From: an uncultured archaeon | Lineage (GTDB): Archaea > Aenigmatarchaeota > Aenigmatarchaeia > CG10238-14 > EX4484-224 | Direction of reading: 5' to 3' | Assembly (NCBI GenBank): GCA_964524025.1 | Contig: CAZGBT010000003.1 | Location: 602 to 64,601, forward strand | Length of the DNA stretch: 64,000 bases | In this document: positions 9,181-19,401 of the stretch, piece by piece | How the letters are laid out: the number at the start of each line of letters is the position of its first letter | Position numbering within the stretch: the stretch's first letter is position 1 | The notes under the pieces: model-generated | Databases searched by the model: none | Told to the model about the DNA's origin: nothing | The model's input: only the letters and a program-made list of their open reading frames with translations | Made by a program: the position numbers and the translations under genes

Positions 9181-11979
9181 ATGGCAGAAGAATTTGAGAT
9201 TTGGGCTGAAAAATATAGACCGAAAACTTTTGATGAAATAATAAATCAGGAACATGTTATAGAAAGGGTTAAAAGTTTTGTTGAAGAAAAGAATCTTCCG
9301 CATATGCTTTTTGCTGGCCCGGCAGGTACTGGTAAAACAACAACAGCTCTTGTTATAGCAAGAACTCTTTATGGAGAAGGTTGGAGACAAAATGTTCTCG
9401 AGTTGAACGCAAGCGATGCAAGAGGCATAGATGTAATAAGAGGTAGGGTGAAGGATTTTGCAAGAACTAAAGCTATAGGAAAAGTTCCGTTTAAGCTTAT
9501 AATATTAGACGAGGCTGATGCTTTAACTAACGATGCTCAACAGGCTTTAAGAAGGACTATGGAGGATTTTAGTGATATAACGAGATTTATTTTAATTTGC
9601 ATATCACCAGATACCAAAGTTTATTTGCCTAACGAAATAGAAATACGCGCTGAGGATTTGCAAAATTTAGTTGGAAATCATGTTCTAGGTTTTGATTCAA
9701 TTTCTAACAAAATTAAAAAGTGCTATGTAAATGCCTATCTTGAATTAAATCCAAAAGAGATTGGTAAAAAGGTTTTGAGAATAAAAACCGACTGTGGAAG
9801 AGAATTGATTCTGACAGAAGATCATCCATTACTTACGCCCAACGGTTGGAAGTTAGCTGGTTTAATGAAGGAAGGAGAAGAAATTTTAGTTTTTCCTGCG
9901 CTTGAGGGAACATCGCCCCCGAAGGTTAAAAGAGTAATCTTAGACGAATTTGAATTTATTAAGAGATGTGCAAAAATAGAGAAAAAAAGGAACAACAAGA
10001 AGAGGTTTAGAGATTTAACAACCATTGAAAAGATTAGAATTGCTTTACTTATTAGAAAGTTGTATAAAGAAATTAAGAGAGGTCTAACTAAAAGGGAGTT
10101 TGAAGTATATAAGATAATTAAGAAAAGGCCATTAATATCTAGGAAAGAAATTCAAAAAATCGTAAAACTAAGTAGAGTAAGAGTTAATCAGATTTTAAAA
10201 TCGCTGGAAAAGAAGAATGCAATTAAAAGAGTTGTCGAGAAAAAAGTTCATAGATTTGTAGTACTTCGAGATTGCCTTAAACTTAGGAATTTACAGGATA
10301 TAAGAAAAATTGTAAAGAAAAAACTTGGAATTGAAATATCTTACAGCGAAGTTAAGCGTCTTGTAGAGAAAAGGTTGAGAACCAACTTGATTAAAATAAA
10401 AGAAAAATTGGAAGAGAAAGGATTACTACCACTAATCGACGCAAATGAAAAAGCATTAAAAATTGCAAGATTGTTTGGATTTATCCTGGGTGATGGCCAT
10501 TTAAGTTTACGACCCAAAAGAATTATTATTTCGTCTAAGCCCTACGTTCTTAAAGAAATTAAGAAAGAATTAAAATCTCTTGGGTTTAAATCTTCAAAAA
10601 TTTATAGAAAAAAACTTAAGAAAGGTTATACTTACTTCATTTTAGTCGACGACAGATCTCTTTATTATTTACTTTATGCGCTAGGAATGCCAATAGGAGA
10701 TAATACAACTAGCGAATTTTATTTGCCAGATTGGATCAAAAATGGATCGAAAATAATTAAAAGAGAGTTCTTGCGTGGATTTTTTGATGCAGAACTTTCA
10801 ACTCCTTATGTAAATAAACACTCCTTTTCTGCTCCCTACTTTGTGCAGCACAAAATTTCTAGATTAAAAGAGAACTTAAAGATCTTCGCTGAAGATATGA
10901 AAAAATTGTTAGAGGAATTCGGAATTGAATCGAAATATAGAATTATCTTACTAGATTACGTAAGGAAGAAAGATGGTGAAAGAGTATGTAAACTTGTTTT
11001 CTTAATAAGACCTAACCATAAAACAATTCTAAAACTTTACTCAAGAATAGGATTCTACTTCGAAAAGAAAAGAAGAATATTAGCCAGACAAATTTCTGAA
11101 TACTTAAGATTCAAGTTTAACTTACTTTCTAAAAGAGAGGCATTAAGAGAAAAAGTTGTACAACTTTGGTTAGAAGGATCCAGAAAAACTAAAATAGCGG
11201 CCTCACTCGGCGTTACTTTAGATTTCATTAGGGATAGCATAAGTGGAAAAAAGGTTAACGTAGCGTATTCCTCCTTTCCTACTTTTGATGAATGGATAAA
11301 GGAAAGGAAGTTTGCGGATGAAATAATAATAAATAAGATCGAAGAAATAGAAGAAGTCGATAAGGAGAAAGTTGTTGATATTCTAGCGATTCCTTATCAT
11401 TCATTCATAACTAACGGAATAATTTCTCATAATTGCAATTATTCGAGCAAAATTATAGATCCGATCCAATCAAGATGTGTTGTTTTTAGGTTTAGAGCTA
11501 TGGACGAGAAACATGTAAGGCAATTTATAAATAGGATTGTTAAGAAAGAAAAACTAAAAATAGACGAAAAAGCTATAAAAGCTATAATAGATATAGCTGA
11601 AGGTGATTTAAGAAGAGTTAGCAATTTATTGCAAGCTTCTGCAGCTTTAACAGACAAAATTACAGAAGATGTAGTATACGAGGTTGCGAGTCTAGCTAAA
11701 CCAACCGATATAAGGGAAATGATAGAATTTGCTATAAAAGGGGAATTTACTAAAGCTAGGGATAAATTAATTCAACTTTTAGTTAAACAAGGACTAGCTG
11801 GAGAGGATATAGTAAGACAAATTCATAAGGAAATTTATAAGCTTAAAATCCCTGATGAACTCAAAATTAAACTTGTTGAAAAAGTTGGAGAATTTGAATT
11901 TAGGATTTCTGAAGGTGGAGATCCATTCGTTCAACTAGCAGCTTTGTTAGCACATATTGCATTAGTTTGTAAAAAATGA
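9181..11979 (+). CDS. rfcS: Replication factor C small subunit precursor containing one intein
   Basis: The exteins together give about 320 aa with Walker [14 protein letters not shown], and RFILI|[15 protein letters not shown] once the intein is removed. Confidence 0.9.
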   Translation: MAEEFEIWAEKYRPKTFDEIINQEHVIERVKSFVEEKNLPHMLFAGPAGTGKTTTALVIARTLYGEGWRQNVLELNASDARGIDVIRGRVKDFARTKAIGKVPFKLIILDEADALTNDAQQALRRTMEDFSDITRFILICISPDTKVYLPNEIEIRAEDLQNLVGNHVLGFDSISNKIKKCYVNAYLELNPKEIGKKVLRIKTDCGRELILTEDHPLLTPNGWKLAGLMKEGEEILVFPALEGTSPPKVKRVILDEFEFIKRCAKIEKKRNNKKRFRDLTTIEKIRIALLIRKLYKEIKRGLTKREFEVYKIIKKRPLISRKEIQKIVKLSRVRVNQILKSLEKKNAIKRVVEKKVHRFVVLRDCLKLRNLQDIRKIVKKKLGIEISYSEVKRLVEKRLRTNLIKIKEKLEEKGLLPLIDANEKALKIARLFGFILGDGHLSLRPKRIIISSKPYVLKEIKKELKSLGFKSSKIYRKKLKKGYTYFILVDDRSLYYLLYALGMPIGDNTTSEFYLPDWIKNGSKIIKREFLRGFFDAELSTPYVNKHSFSAPYFVQHKISRLKENLKIFAEDMKKLLEEFGIESKYRIILLDYVRKKDGERVCKLVFLIRPNHKTILKLYSRIGFYFEKKRRILARQISEYLRFKFNLLSKREALREKVVQLWLEGSRKTKIAASLGVTLDFIRDSISGKKVNVAYSSFPTFDEWIKERKFADEIIINKIEEIEEVDKEKVVDILAIPYHSFITNGIISHNCNYSSKIIDPIQSRCVVFRFRAMDEKHVRQFINRIVKKEKLKIDEKAIKAIIDIAEGDLRRVSNLLQASAALTDKITEDVVYEVASLAKPTDIREMIEFAIKGEFTKARDKLIQLLVKQGLAGEDIVRQIHKEIYKLKIPDELKIKLVEKVGEFEFRISEGGDPFVQLAALLAHIALVCKK
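9598..11433 (+). mobile_element. Intein (612 aa) with a LAGLIDADG homing-endonuclease domain and an inserted wHTH-like region
   Basis: Starts at Cys (CISPDTKV) and has block B LTEDHPLL. Ends in SHN followed by the +1 Cys of CNYSS. LAGLIDADG motifs are [10 protein letters not shown] and [10 protein letters not shown]. It sits in the conserved RFC box (RFIL.CNY). Confidence 0.85.
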
Positions 11980-12356
11980 TAGTTATTAGTGATGAAATAA
12001 AATCTCTAATAGAAAATAATCCATTAGCTTTAGCTACGGTAGACGAAGAAAATAAACCTCATTGCATTGCTGTTTCTTTTGTGAAAGTTTTCCCACCTGA
12101 TAAATTACTTATAACAGACAATTACATGGTTGAAACAATAAAAAACTTGAAAAGAAATCCTAATGTTTCGTTAGTGGTTTGGAACCCTAATTGGAGAGAA
12201 GAATGCGTCGGATACGAACTAAGAGGTAAAGCCGAGTATTTTACTAGCGGAAAATGGTATGAAATTGTTAAAAAACTTCCAGAAAATCAAGGCGAACCTT
12301 GTAAAGGAGCTATTCTTGTTACTATTTACAAAATTAAAAGATTAACAAGCGAGTGA
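11976..12356 (+). CDS. Pyridoxamine 5'-phosphate oxidase-like FMN-binding protein
   Basis: 126 aa with a split-barrel-like pattern ([20 protein letters not shown]...LITDNYM). ATGA overlap with rfcS. Confidence 0.6.
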   Translation: MIVISDEIKSLIENNPLALATVDEENKPHCIAVSFVKVFPPDKLLITDNYMVETIKNLKRNPNVSLVVWNPNWREECVGYELRGKAEYFTSGKWYEIVKKLPENQGEPCKGAILVTIYKIKRLTSE

Positions 12357-12517
12357 AATTTTCACCAGTTTTAAGTTAGTTAGTTTATCCTGAGATATTC
12401 CTTAATAGTATGGGGGGTATTTTTCTTAAAATTCTATACAACATTTCTGAATAAGATAATTTAAAATCTTACTGACTAAACATCAAAAATTTTTGAGGTA
12501 AAGCTTTAATCTAATTA

Positions 12518-13729
12518 ATGGTCTGGATTATAAAGTATGCACCAAAAAGCCTTAAAGATTTTGTAAACCAAAGGGAAGCTGTTCAAAAATTTCTATCTTG
12601 GTATAAAAGTTTCAAGCCTGGCTCCAAGGCGATTTTATTGTATGGGCCACCAGGAGTTGGGAAGACTGCTTTAGTAAGAGCTTTTGCTAAGCAAGAAAAT
12701 TTGGAGTTAATAGAAATGAATGCAAGCGACGTAAGGAATGCAAAAAGGATAAAAGAAATTTTCGGCCATTCAATGCTTGTAAGACCATTCTTCAAAAAAG
12801 GAAAAATATTTCTAGTTGATGAAGTAGACGGAATTGCTGGCAGACAAGACGCTGGTGGAGTTAGAGAAATTATAAGGATTATAGAATCTTCAGCTTTTCC
12901 CGTAGTTTTAACAGCAAACGATCCGTGGCTACCTAAACTAAGACCATTAAGGAATTATTGCGAATTCGTTCAATTTAAGGAGCTTTCGGTTAGAGATATA
13001 GTTAAAAGGTTAGCCTATATATGCCAAAAGGAAGGAGTTAAAGCAGATAGGGAAGTATTAAGGCAAATTGCTATAAGGTCAAAGGGTGATTTAAGAGCTG
13101 CTATAAACGATTTAGAAACTGTCGCTAGAGGAAGAAAAGTTGTAACTTTAAAGGATTTAGAAGTTCTTGGCTATAGAGAAAAAGAAAGACAGGTTTTTGA
13201 GGTTTTAAAGACCATTTTTAAATCGAAATCTCCTATAGCTAGCAAAATAGCAATTCTAAACGCTGATAAAGATCCTGACGAGCTCTTCTGGTGGATTGAG
13301 GAAAACATAGCAAATGAGTATGAAAAAATAGATGAAATCGCTAAGGCATACGATGCTTTAAGCAAAGCAGATTTGTTCAGAAAATGGATTTTATCGAGAC
13401 AAAATTGGAGATTTTTGGTTTATATGATAGAATTGATGGGCGGCGGAGTTGCTCTAGCGAAAAAACAGATGTATAGAAAATTTACCAAATACAAACCACC
13501 AGAAAGGCTAAAAATTTTAGGAACTACTAAAGAAGAGAGAAAAGAGGTTAAAGAAATTTTGATTAGATTAAGCGAATCGTTACATTGTTCAACAAAAGTA
13601 ATAAAAAAAGAATTCTTCCCTTATTTAAGAATAATCTTAAGAAACAAACAACATCAAGAAGCTTTCAGAAAAGCTTATAACTTATCTAAAAAAGAATTTG
13701 AGGTTTTTCTGAATGCTATTTCATCTTAA
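12518..13729 (+). CDS. rfcL: Replication factor C large subunit
   Basis: KYAPKSLKDFVNQ, Walker A GPPGVGKTA, DEVD, and an SRC-like region. Confidence 0.85.
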   Translation: MVWIIKYAPKSLKDFVNQREAVQKFLSWYKSFKPGSKAILLYGPPGVGKTALVRAFAKQENLELIEMNASDVRNAKRIKEIFGHSMLVRPFFKKGKIFLVDEVDGIAGRQDAGGVREIIRIIESSAFPVVLTANDPWLPKLRPLRNYCEFVQFKELSVRDIVKRLAYICQKEGVKADREVLRQIAIRSKGDLRAAINDLETVARGRKVVTLKDLEVLGYREKERQVFEVLKTIFKSKSPIASKIAILNADKDPDELFWWIEENIANEYEKIDEIAKAYDALSKADLFRKWILSRQNWRFLVYMIELMGGGVALAKKQMYRKFTKYKPPERLKILGTTKEERKEVKEILIRLSESLHCSTKVIKKEFFPYLRIILRNKQHQEAFRKAYNLSKKEFEVFLNAISS

Positions 13730-13751
13730 ATTCAAAATCAAAATATCTTTT

Positions 13752-14726
13752 ATGAAAAAGTTCCTATCTTTCTTCCTGTTCTTATTACTTTTTCTTCCTA
13801 TTTCAAAAGCTCAGATTGAATTACAACCTGGGGAAGCAAGATTTACCTTAGCTTCCCTTTTTCTATTACCTCCTGGGGCGCCCGGTGTAGAGGAAGGCAT
13901 CCAGCCAGGACAACCAGTTAGTTGGTATGAATCAAATTATTTAACTCTGTGGGGGGATTTCAACTACCTTAACATAAAATGGAAGGCTTATTGGTCTGAT
14001 AACGATACAGAAAGACTTATAGGCGTTAAATGCTACTTAAATTGTCCGTTTACCGAAAACGTGATGGAAAATTGTGAAAACTATCAAAGTTGCCAACCTG
14101 TGATTGGTTGGAAACCGGGCTCACATTATTGCAGCATATTGCATCCAAACTATCTTTTAGAAAACATTAACCAACCCGAAAATGTTAAATGTATCTTTTT
14201 TCTCTGGGAAGACCCATCCATTCAGTTCACACCTTATATTAGCGTAAACTTCTCTGTTTCTAATCTTACTATAGAAGCTAGAGACTTAGAATTAACAGTC
14301 GGGAGAAAAACAAAATGGTCCTTCAATTTAAAATCAAGAGGACTTTTCTTAGATAACTTAAACGTTACAATAACGACTCCTTTTGCTAATTCGTTACTCG
14401 TAGGGAATCCAACAGCATTTCTTTCTAATGTTAAATATGGAGATTTAGAAAAAATTTCTTCAGACCTAATTCTCTTGATAGCAAGCGGCGTTAAAGTACC
14501 GGTGAAAATAATGGTTGAAAGTGAAGTTGTAAATAAAATAAGGAAAATTAATGGAGATTGCTCTTATTTAGTAAGAGATTATACAGAAAAAGACGATAAG
14601 TGCCTAATAGTAAAAACTATTAACATTAAAGGAAAATACTTAAGTTTAGACGGTATTAAATCATCTCAACTAACTGTTGGTACTCTACTTAGTATATTTA
14701 TTTTCTTAATTTCTTCATTAATCTAG
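13752..14726 (+). CDS. Secreted or membrane-anchored hypothetical protein
   Basis: Start taken at MKKFLSFFLFLLLFLPISKAQ (signal peptide). Has a C-terminal hydrophobic anchor, many Cys residues and many N-x-S/T sequons. Confidence 0.5.
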   Translation: MKKFLSFFLFLLLFLPISKAQIELQPGEARFTLASLFLLPPGAPGVEEGIQPGQPVSWYESNYLTLWGDFNYLNIKWKAYWSDNDTERLIGVKCYLNCPFTENVMENCENYQSCQPVIGWKPGSHYCSILHPNYLLENINQPENVKCIFFLWEDPSIQFTPYISVNFSVSNLTIEARDLELTVGRKTKWSFNLKSRGLFLDNLNVTITTPFANSLLVGNPTAFLSNVKYGDLEKISSDLILLIASGVKVPVKIMVESEVVNKIRKINGDCSYLVRDYTEKDDKCLIVKTINIKGKYLSLDGIKSSQLTVGTLLSIFIFLISSLI

Positions 14727-14798
14727 GGGTCCGTCGTCTAACGGCTAGGACGCCACCCTTACGAGGTGGAGATCCCGGTTCGAATCCGGGCGGACCCA
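14727..14798 (+). tRNA. tRNA-Val (anticodon UAC)
   Basis: Manual cloverleaf: acceptor GGGTCCG/CGGACCC, anticodon arm CCACC-CTTACGA-GGTGG, T arm CCCGG-TTCGAAT-CCGGG. CCA is not encoded. Confidence 0.9.
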
Positions 14799-14799
14799 T

Positions 14800-15093
14800 T
14801 TACTTTTTGTATTTTTCTAGAAATTTTTCGATAGGTGTAACTCCTTCTTTATCTTCAATAAAAACTCTATAAATTCCTTGGAATTGTATGTCTGGATTCC
14901 TTCTTCCTAGCAAGTTGTAGCCACTACGTCTCCTCGCGATAATAACCTTTATCGAATTTTCTGCTTCGTAAACATCTCCTACCAATGAACTGCCCTCTAG
15001 TGAAAATATAATTATTTCCTTTTCTATAGGGACTAAGTTTCCTACGATTTGTTTTGCAAATTGTAGTGCGTCCTCATATGAATTAAACCTCAT
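14800..15093 (-). CDS. Hypothetical protein (97 aa)
   Basis: ORF only; lies between two tRNA genes. Confidence 0.4.
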   Translation of the reverse strand: MRFNSYEDALQFAKQIVGNLVPIEKEIIIFSLEGSSLVGDVYEAENSIKVIIARRRSGYNLLGRRNPDIQFQGIYRVFIEDKEGVTPIEKFLEKYKK

Positions 15094-15210
15094 ATTTCTA
15101 CTTGGCAGTGAATTTTAAAATTTTCTCCTCTTCATCAGCGTTTTTGCGTCTTCCGAAGTAAAAGAATTACTTTAATCTCGAGAAATCAAGAAAATATTGT
15201 AGATAAGAAA

Positions 15211-15284
15211 GGGGCCGTAGTCTAGCTTGGTTAGGATGCCGGCCTTGGGAGCCGGAGACCTGGGTTCAAATCCCAGCGGCCCCA
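15211..15284 (+). tRNA. tRNA-Pro (anticodon UGG)
   Basis: Acceptor GGGGCCG/CGGCCCC, anticodon arm CCGGC-CTTGGGA-GCCGG, T loop TTCAAAT. Confidence 0.9.
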
Positions 15285-15341
15285 TCAATTTATCACTACT
15301 AATTTGGAAATTTTTTAAGAGTCGACCACTAAAAAGTAGTT

Positions 15342-16103
15342 ATGAAATACAGTGGCATTCTGATAATGAGAGAAGTGAAAAGGAAAGCTAAGTTGTTTGT
15401 AGATAATCTTTGCTCCTCTCTAGAAAGAATGAAAGCAGAACATGGAACATCGCCCGATTTTATTCTCATCCGCGAATACACACCAAAAGTTAGTTCTGTA
15501 AGTAGTGCAGAAGATTATATAGAAAAAACAATCGCTTACATTGAAATGAGGAAAGAGGAAGATTCCTTATTTAATGACCTTTACAAGACAACCGTAATTT
15601 TTGCACCTGCAGTTACAATTGGCAGGGAGGAAATAGGAGCTTATTTTGTTGAAGGTAGGTATGAAATCTTGAAAAAATGGAAATTGGAGGATGGAAGTCC
15701 TCACATAATTAAGCACGGCAAACTAGAAGGAGCTGGAATAGCAATATGCGGAGAGATATATAAAATCAGGAACGTTGAAAATCTGAAGCAACCGATAATA
15801 TTTAATCCCTCATATGAGGGAGATGATATAGGATACTGTTTTGCTAATTATGCAGCTGTCTATGGAGAAGAGATAGCTAAACTCCTTTGCAAGATGTTTG
15901 GCTATAGTCATAAGGAAGAAGAAATAACAAAGCAAAGAAACAGCTTTTACGCTACCATTTTAGGAGAAAAACCTATTGCACTTGTAAGGAGCGATGTACA
16001 CTATTGTTTCGGTCTGATGAACCCTTTTACCGAGGGCATAAACCTGAATGAGTTTATTTACTATCCGAGATCAGATGAAGCATTTATAGCCTTTGAGATC
16101 TAA
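15342..16103 (+). CDS. Hypothetical protein; weak resemblance to the nitrilase / carbon-nitrogen hydrolase superfamily
   Basis: A possible E-K-C triad context (LIREY, KKWKL, GIAICGEIY). This is by-eye similarity only. Confidence 0.4.
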   Translation: MKYSGILIMREVKRKAKLFVDNLCSSLERMKAEHGTSPDFILIREYTPKVSSVSSAEDYIEKTIAYIEMRKEEDSLFNDLYKTTVIFAPAVTIGREEIGAYFVEGRYEILKKWKLEDGSPHIIKHGKLEGAGIAICGEIYKIRNVENLKQPIIFNPSYEGDDIGYCFANYAAVYGEEIAKLLCKMFGYSHKEEEITKQRNSFYATILGEKPIALVRSDVHYCFGLMNPFTEGINLNEFIYYPRSDEAFIAFEI

Positions 16104-16994
16104 GATGAAGAGGTCTTGAAATATAAAAATCCTCAAAACGTTTTAATTATTAAATTTAAGAGGTATAAATACATAAAAATTTGTTGCAACTTAGATCAAT
16201 AGGCTTGCCTTCGTTTAAACAAATAACAACTTTTAAGCATAGAGAAAAATAATCCAACCTTGGTTACCAAGTTAAAGCATTCTTAGCAAATTCTTACGGA
16301 ATTCTAGTTGCCGTATAATTTCAGAAGAATTTATAGAGAGTATTCTGTGACAAAACGTTATCATTTGTGTTTCAGATATGATAACGAATGAGACCCCATT
16401 ATACTTTTTATGAGTTTTTAAAGGACGGTATAAAATGAAAAATTATAAGGTATCAAATTTCCTCAAACTTTAGGATTAATTCATTTCGTCTATGTTGATT
16501 AGGTTTATCTCTAAGCAAAATCTCGCCTTTTAAGGTACCTCGAGCCTCATCTCATTAAGATTTAACATGTAGTACTTAAGAAAACCTATAGTTGTAGAGA
16601 TCTAAAAATTATAACCTTCCAATCCAAATTTCTTATCGCTAGGCAAATGATCGTGCTATTAGTCCAATTGCAAATAAGCATTTTTAACCATTTCTGGTAA
16701 AATTCCAATATCTGTTAACAAAATCTAAAAGGCAAAAATAAAGGAGATCGCAAAAGGGTCTCTGAAAAACTCAAATCTTGCCAGTTAGCTGCTCCCGATA
16801 ACCAAAGTGTTCTCGTTTAATCTACCGTAAAAATGCTGAATTTCCAAAAAACTATTAAAAAACCGTTTAAGATGGCCTAACTTAGAATGCGGCCTCTTAC
16901 TTCCTTCACCAAGGCTTGGCACCCCTGTATAAAACTCAATTTTAATCTTTAGTTAAAAATAAAAAATTTACTACTGTTTAAAAATTACGAGAGA

Positions 16995-18737
16995 ATGATA
17001 GTAATTGGAGTAAACCCAATGGATGATGCATCAGCGTGCCTCGTGAAAGATGGTAGGCTTGTAAATTATGTAGAAAGGGAGCGATTCCCCCCAAGGTGGA
17101 AACACAGCAGGAAGTATGATCCTTTAGAAGATAGAGTAAAACGACTTAGTCCTGTACCTGCCATAAAGTGGTGTTTGGAGGATGCTGGAATAAAGATCTA
17201 CGAAGTCGATTTCATAGTAATCAGCTGGCTTGCAAAGAAAGACGTAATGAAAAGACTCTACGAGGCTGTGCCTTATGAAAAAGAACCAAGCCGTATAAGA
17301 TGGGAAAAAAGATGCTTAGAAGAGCATGCACCAGAGGCACTAATGGCTAGACTAAAAATAGATCTTGAGGAAGCTGGCTTGGTACCTGTACCACCGATGG
17401 TTTGTATACCTCACCACTTGGCACATGCAGCAACAGCTTACACAAGTGGTTGGAAGACCTGTGCAATATTAACCGTGGACGGTCATGGGGATACGACTGC
17501 TATCGCAGGGTGGATAAAGAGGGAGGATGAAATTAAGAGAATATACTGGAAACCGTTCTGGTGTAGCTTAGGGTGGTTCTACGCCGCGGTGACAGAATTT
17601 CTCGGTATGCGAATGAAGAACGATGAAACAAAAGTTATGAATTTGGCAAATTACGCCAACCCCTCCCCATCGCTCGAGCGAAAGATGCTAAAAATAGTCC
17701 AGATTAAGGAGGATGACGTGGAAGTAGATGCAAGCTATTTGCTCTATGGGCCTCATAGAGACTCTACCAACCCAAGATATAGTGATAAATGGTTGAAACT
17801 TTTTGGTGAACCTTACAAAGATTTCCAAAGGAAGTTTAGAACGAGAGAAGATGTAAAAGGTACACGAGCCGCTACTTTTGCCGCGACAGCCCAGAAGGTT
17901 TTAGAAGAAGCTCTTCTCACACTCGTAAATCTTCTGTATAAAAAAACGGGAGTAGATCACCTCGTTATGGCAGGGGGTGTGGCTCTAAATTGTAGGGCAA
18001 ATAGCACAATTTTAAAAAGAACGCCCTTTAAAGACATCTTTGTTTGTCCACCAGCTCACGACGGAGGTACAGCGATAGGAGCGGCCCTCTACTGGTATTC
18101 GCACGAAACAGGAAAAGATCCAACATTCTGCCTTAAGCACGCTTTTTACGGGCCTTGCTATTCAAACAAAGAGATAGAAAGAACCTTAGAAGAAGCCGAA
18201 CTGGATTTCGTAAAGGTAGATCCTGTTGCAAAAGCTGTGGAATTGCTACATGAAAACGAGATAGTTGCATGGTTCCAAGGTAGATGTGAAATGGGACCAA
18301 GAGCTTTGATGAATAGAAGCCTTTTGTTCGACCCTACCGATAAAAGAAACTTTCTCTTAATTAGTCAGTATAAAAGTAGTGTACTATGGAGAGATAGGAG
18401 TCCCAGTGTTACTAGATCTTTTGCTGAAGAGCATTTCGATCCATATTTTAGCAGATTAGACCATTTCATGTTAGGACTAAGGGAGGTCAAAGAAAACGTC
18501 ATACCAGCTGTTACATCCATAAGAGGAGAGTGCAGACCTCAGATAACAGATCATCCAATTTTAAAGCTACTCGAAGAGGAAGGAAGTCTTGGTGCTGTTG
18601 GTAACACAAGCCTAAATAGAGCTGGTGCCCCGATTGTTAACAGTCCGAAGCAATGCTTAGAAGATTGCAGGAAAATGGGAGTGAAACACCTCATAATCGG
18701 TGACTTTTACGTAAGGTTTGATAACAATAAGAATTGA
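16995..18737 (+). CDS. Carbamoyltransferase (NodU/CmcH family)
   Basis: N-terminal ASKHA-like IGVNPMDDASACLV..ERERF, plus HHLAHAATAY and TVDGHGD, and a C-terminal carbamoyltransferase-like region. Looks more G+C-rich than its neighbours. Confidence 0.8.
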   Translation: MIVIGVNPMDDASACLVKDGRLVNYVERERFPPRWKHSRKYDPLEDRVKRLSPVPAIKWCLEDAGIKIYEVDFIVISWLAKKDVMKRLYEAVPYEKEPSRIRWEKRCLEEHAPEALMARLKIDLEEAGLVPVPPMVCIPHHLAHAATAYTSGWKTCAILTVDGHGDTTAIAGWIKREDEIKRIYWKPFWCSLGWFYAAVTEFLGMRMKNDETKVMNLANYANPSPSLERKMLKIVQIKEDDVEVDASYLLYGPHRDSTNPRYSDKWLKLFGEPYKDFQRKFRTREDVKGTRAATFAATAQKVLEEALLTLVNLLYKKTGVDHLVMAGGVALNCRANSTILKRTPFKDIFVCPPAHDGGTAIGAALYWYSHETGKDPTFCLKHAFYGPCYSNKEIERTLEEAELDFVKVDPVAKAVELLHENEIVAWFQGRCEMGPRALMNRSLLFDPTDKRNFLLISQYKSSVLWRDRSPSVTRSFAEEHFDPYFSRLDHFMLGLREVKENVIPAVTSIRGECRPQITDHPILKLLEEEGSLGAVGNTSLNRAGAPIVNSPKQCLEDCRKMGVKHLIIGDFYVRFDNNKN

Positions 18738-18921
18738 ATAAAAACTAAAAAATTGAGAAAAATTGGGATGTTTCTCGAATGTTACTTCGATTAATTTTTA
18801 ATGTATTTTGAAAAACGGTCAATTTCTGTTCTCCATATTCTCTATAGTTAAATGATAGCCAATTTCAAATATGAAAAACGTTTTGAAGCTGCAACCGAAA
18901 GCGTATATTATCTCATGAGTA

Positions 18922-19019
18922 TGGGCCCGGTGGGATTCGAACCCACGACCTGCGGTTTTTACGCTGTTCGAGCGACAGCCTTATAAGACCGCCGCTCTAG
19001 CCAGCTGAGCTACGGGCCC
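18922..19019 (-). tRNA. tRNA-Ile (anticodon UAU) with a ~24-nt intron at or next to position 37/38
   Basis: Acceptor GGGCCCG/CGGGCCC. Anticodon stem GCGGT/ACCGC with loop CTTATAA after removal of ~18958-18981. The intron has an inner helix GCUGU/ACAGC and a 4-bp helix UUAU/GUAA. Confidence 0.8.
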
Positions 19020-19044
19020 AATAAAAATTATTGATAAATCATTT

Positions 19045-19398
19045 TTAACGTTTTCTGAATTCCTTAAATTTTCTTCTGTTAATTCTCATCTTCTTAAAAT
19101 ACTCTTTTTCTAAATCCATATCGAAAAGGTTAGAAGCTATAAGAACGTAAATGAATATATCAACTATTTCTTCCTTCAATTTTTCTATTTCCCTTTTCGT
19201 TGCAAACCTTTTCAGATTATTAAACCTTCTTCTTATTTTCTTAACCAGATTAGCAAATTCACCTATTTCACCGGCTAATGCTATAGCTAAATACTCGAAT
19301 CTTCTTAATAAATCTTCTTTACTTCTTATTTTCCAAAAGACAGGAAAATGTTCTAAATCAAACTCTTTCTGAAATTTCTGTAAATCTTTAAGCTTCAT
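19045..19398 (-). CDS. MazG-like nucleoside triphosphate pyrophosphohydrolase
   Basis: All-alpha 117 aa with EIGEFANLVKK and EEIVDIFIYVL acidic motifs. Confidence 0.65.
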   Translation of the reverse strand: MKLKDLQKFQKEFDLEHFPVFWKIRSKEDLLRRFEYLAIALAGEIGEFANLVKKIRRRFNNLKRFATKREIEKLKEEIVDIFIYVLIASNLFDMDLEKEYFKKMRINRRKFKEFRKR

Positions 19399-19401
19399 AA
19401 C

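Noticed and set aside
15094-15210. Possible C/D-box sRNA on the minus strand (CUGAUGA-like box).
   Set aside because: There is no properly spaced D box (CUGA) or terminal pairing, so the match is too weak.
18840-18921. GTTTTGAAGCTGCAACCGAAAGC, and a GTTGCAAC-containing string near 16183, considered as CRISPR repeats.
   Set aside because: Each occurs only once, with no repeat-spacer periodicity anywhere in the window.
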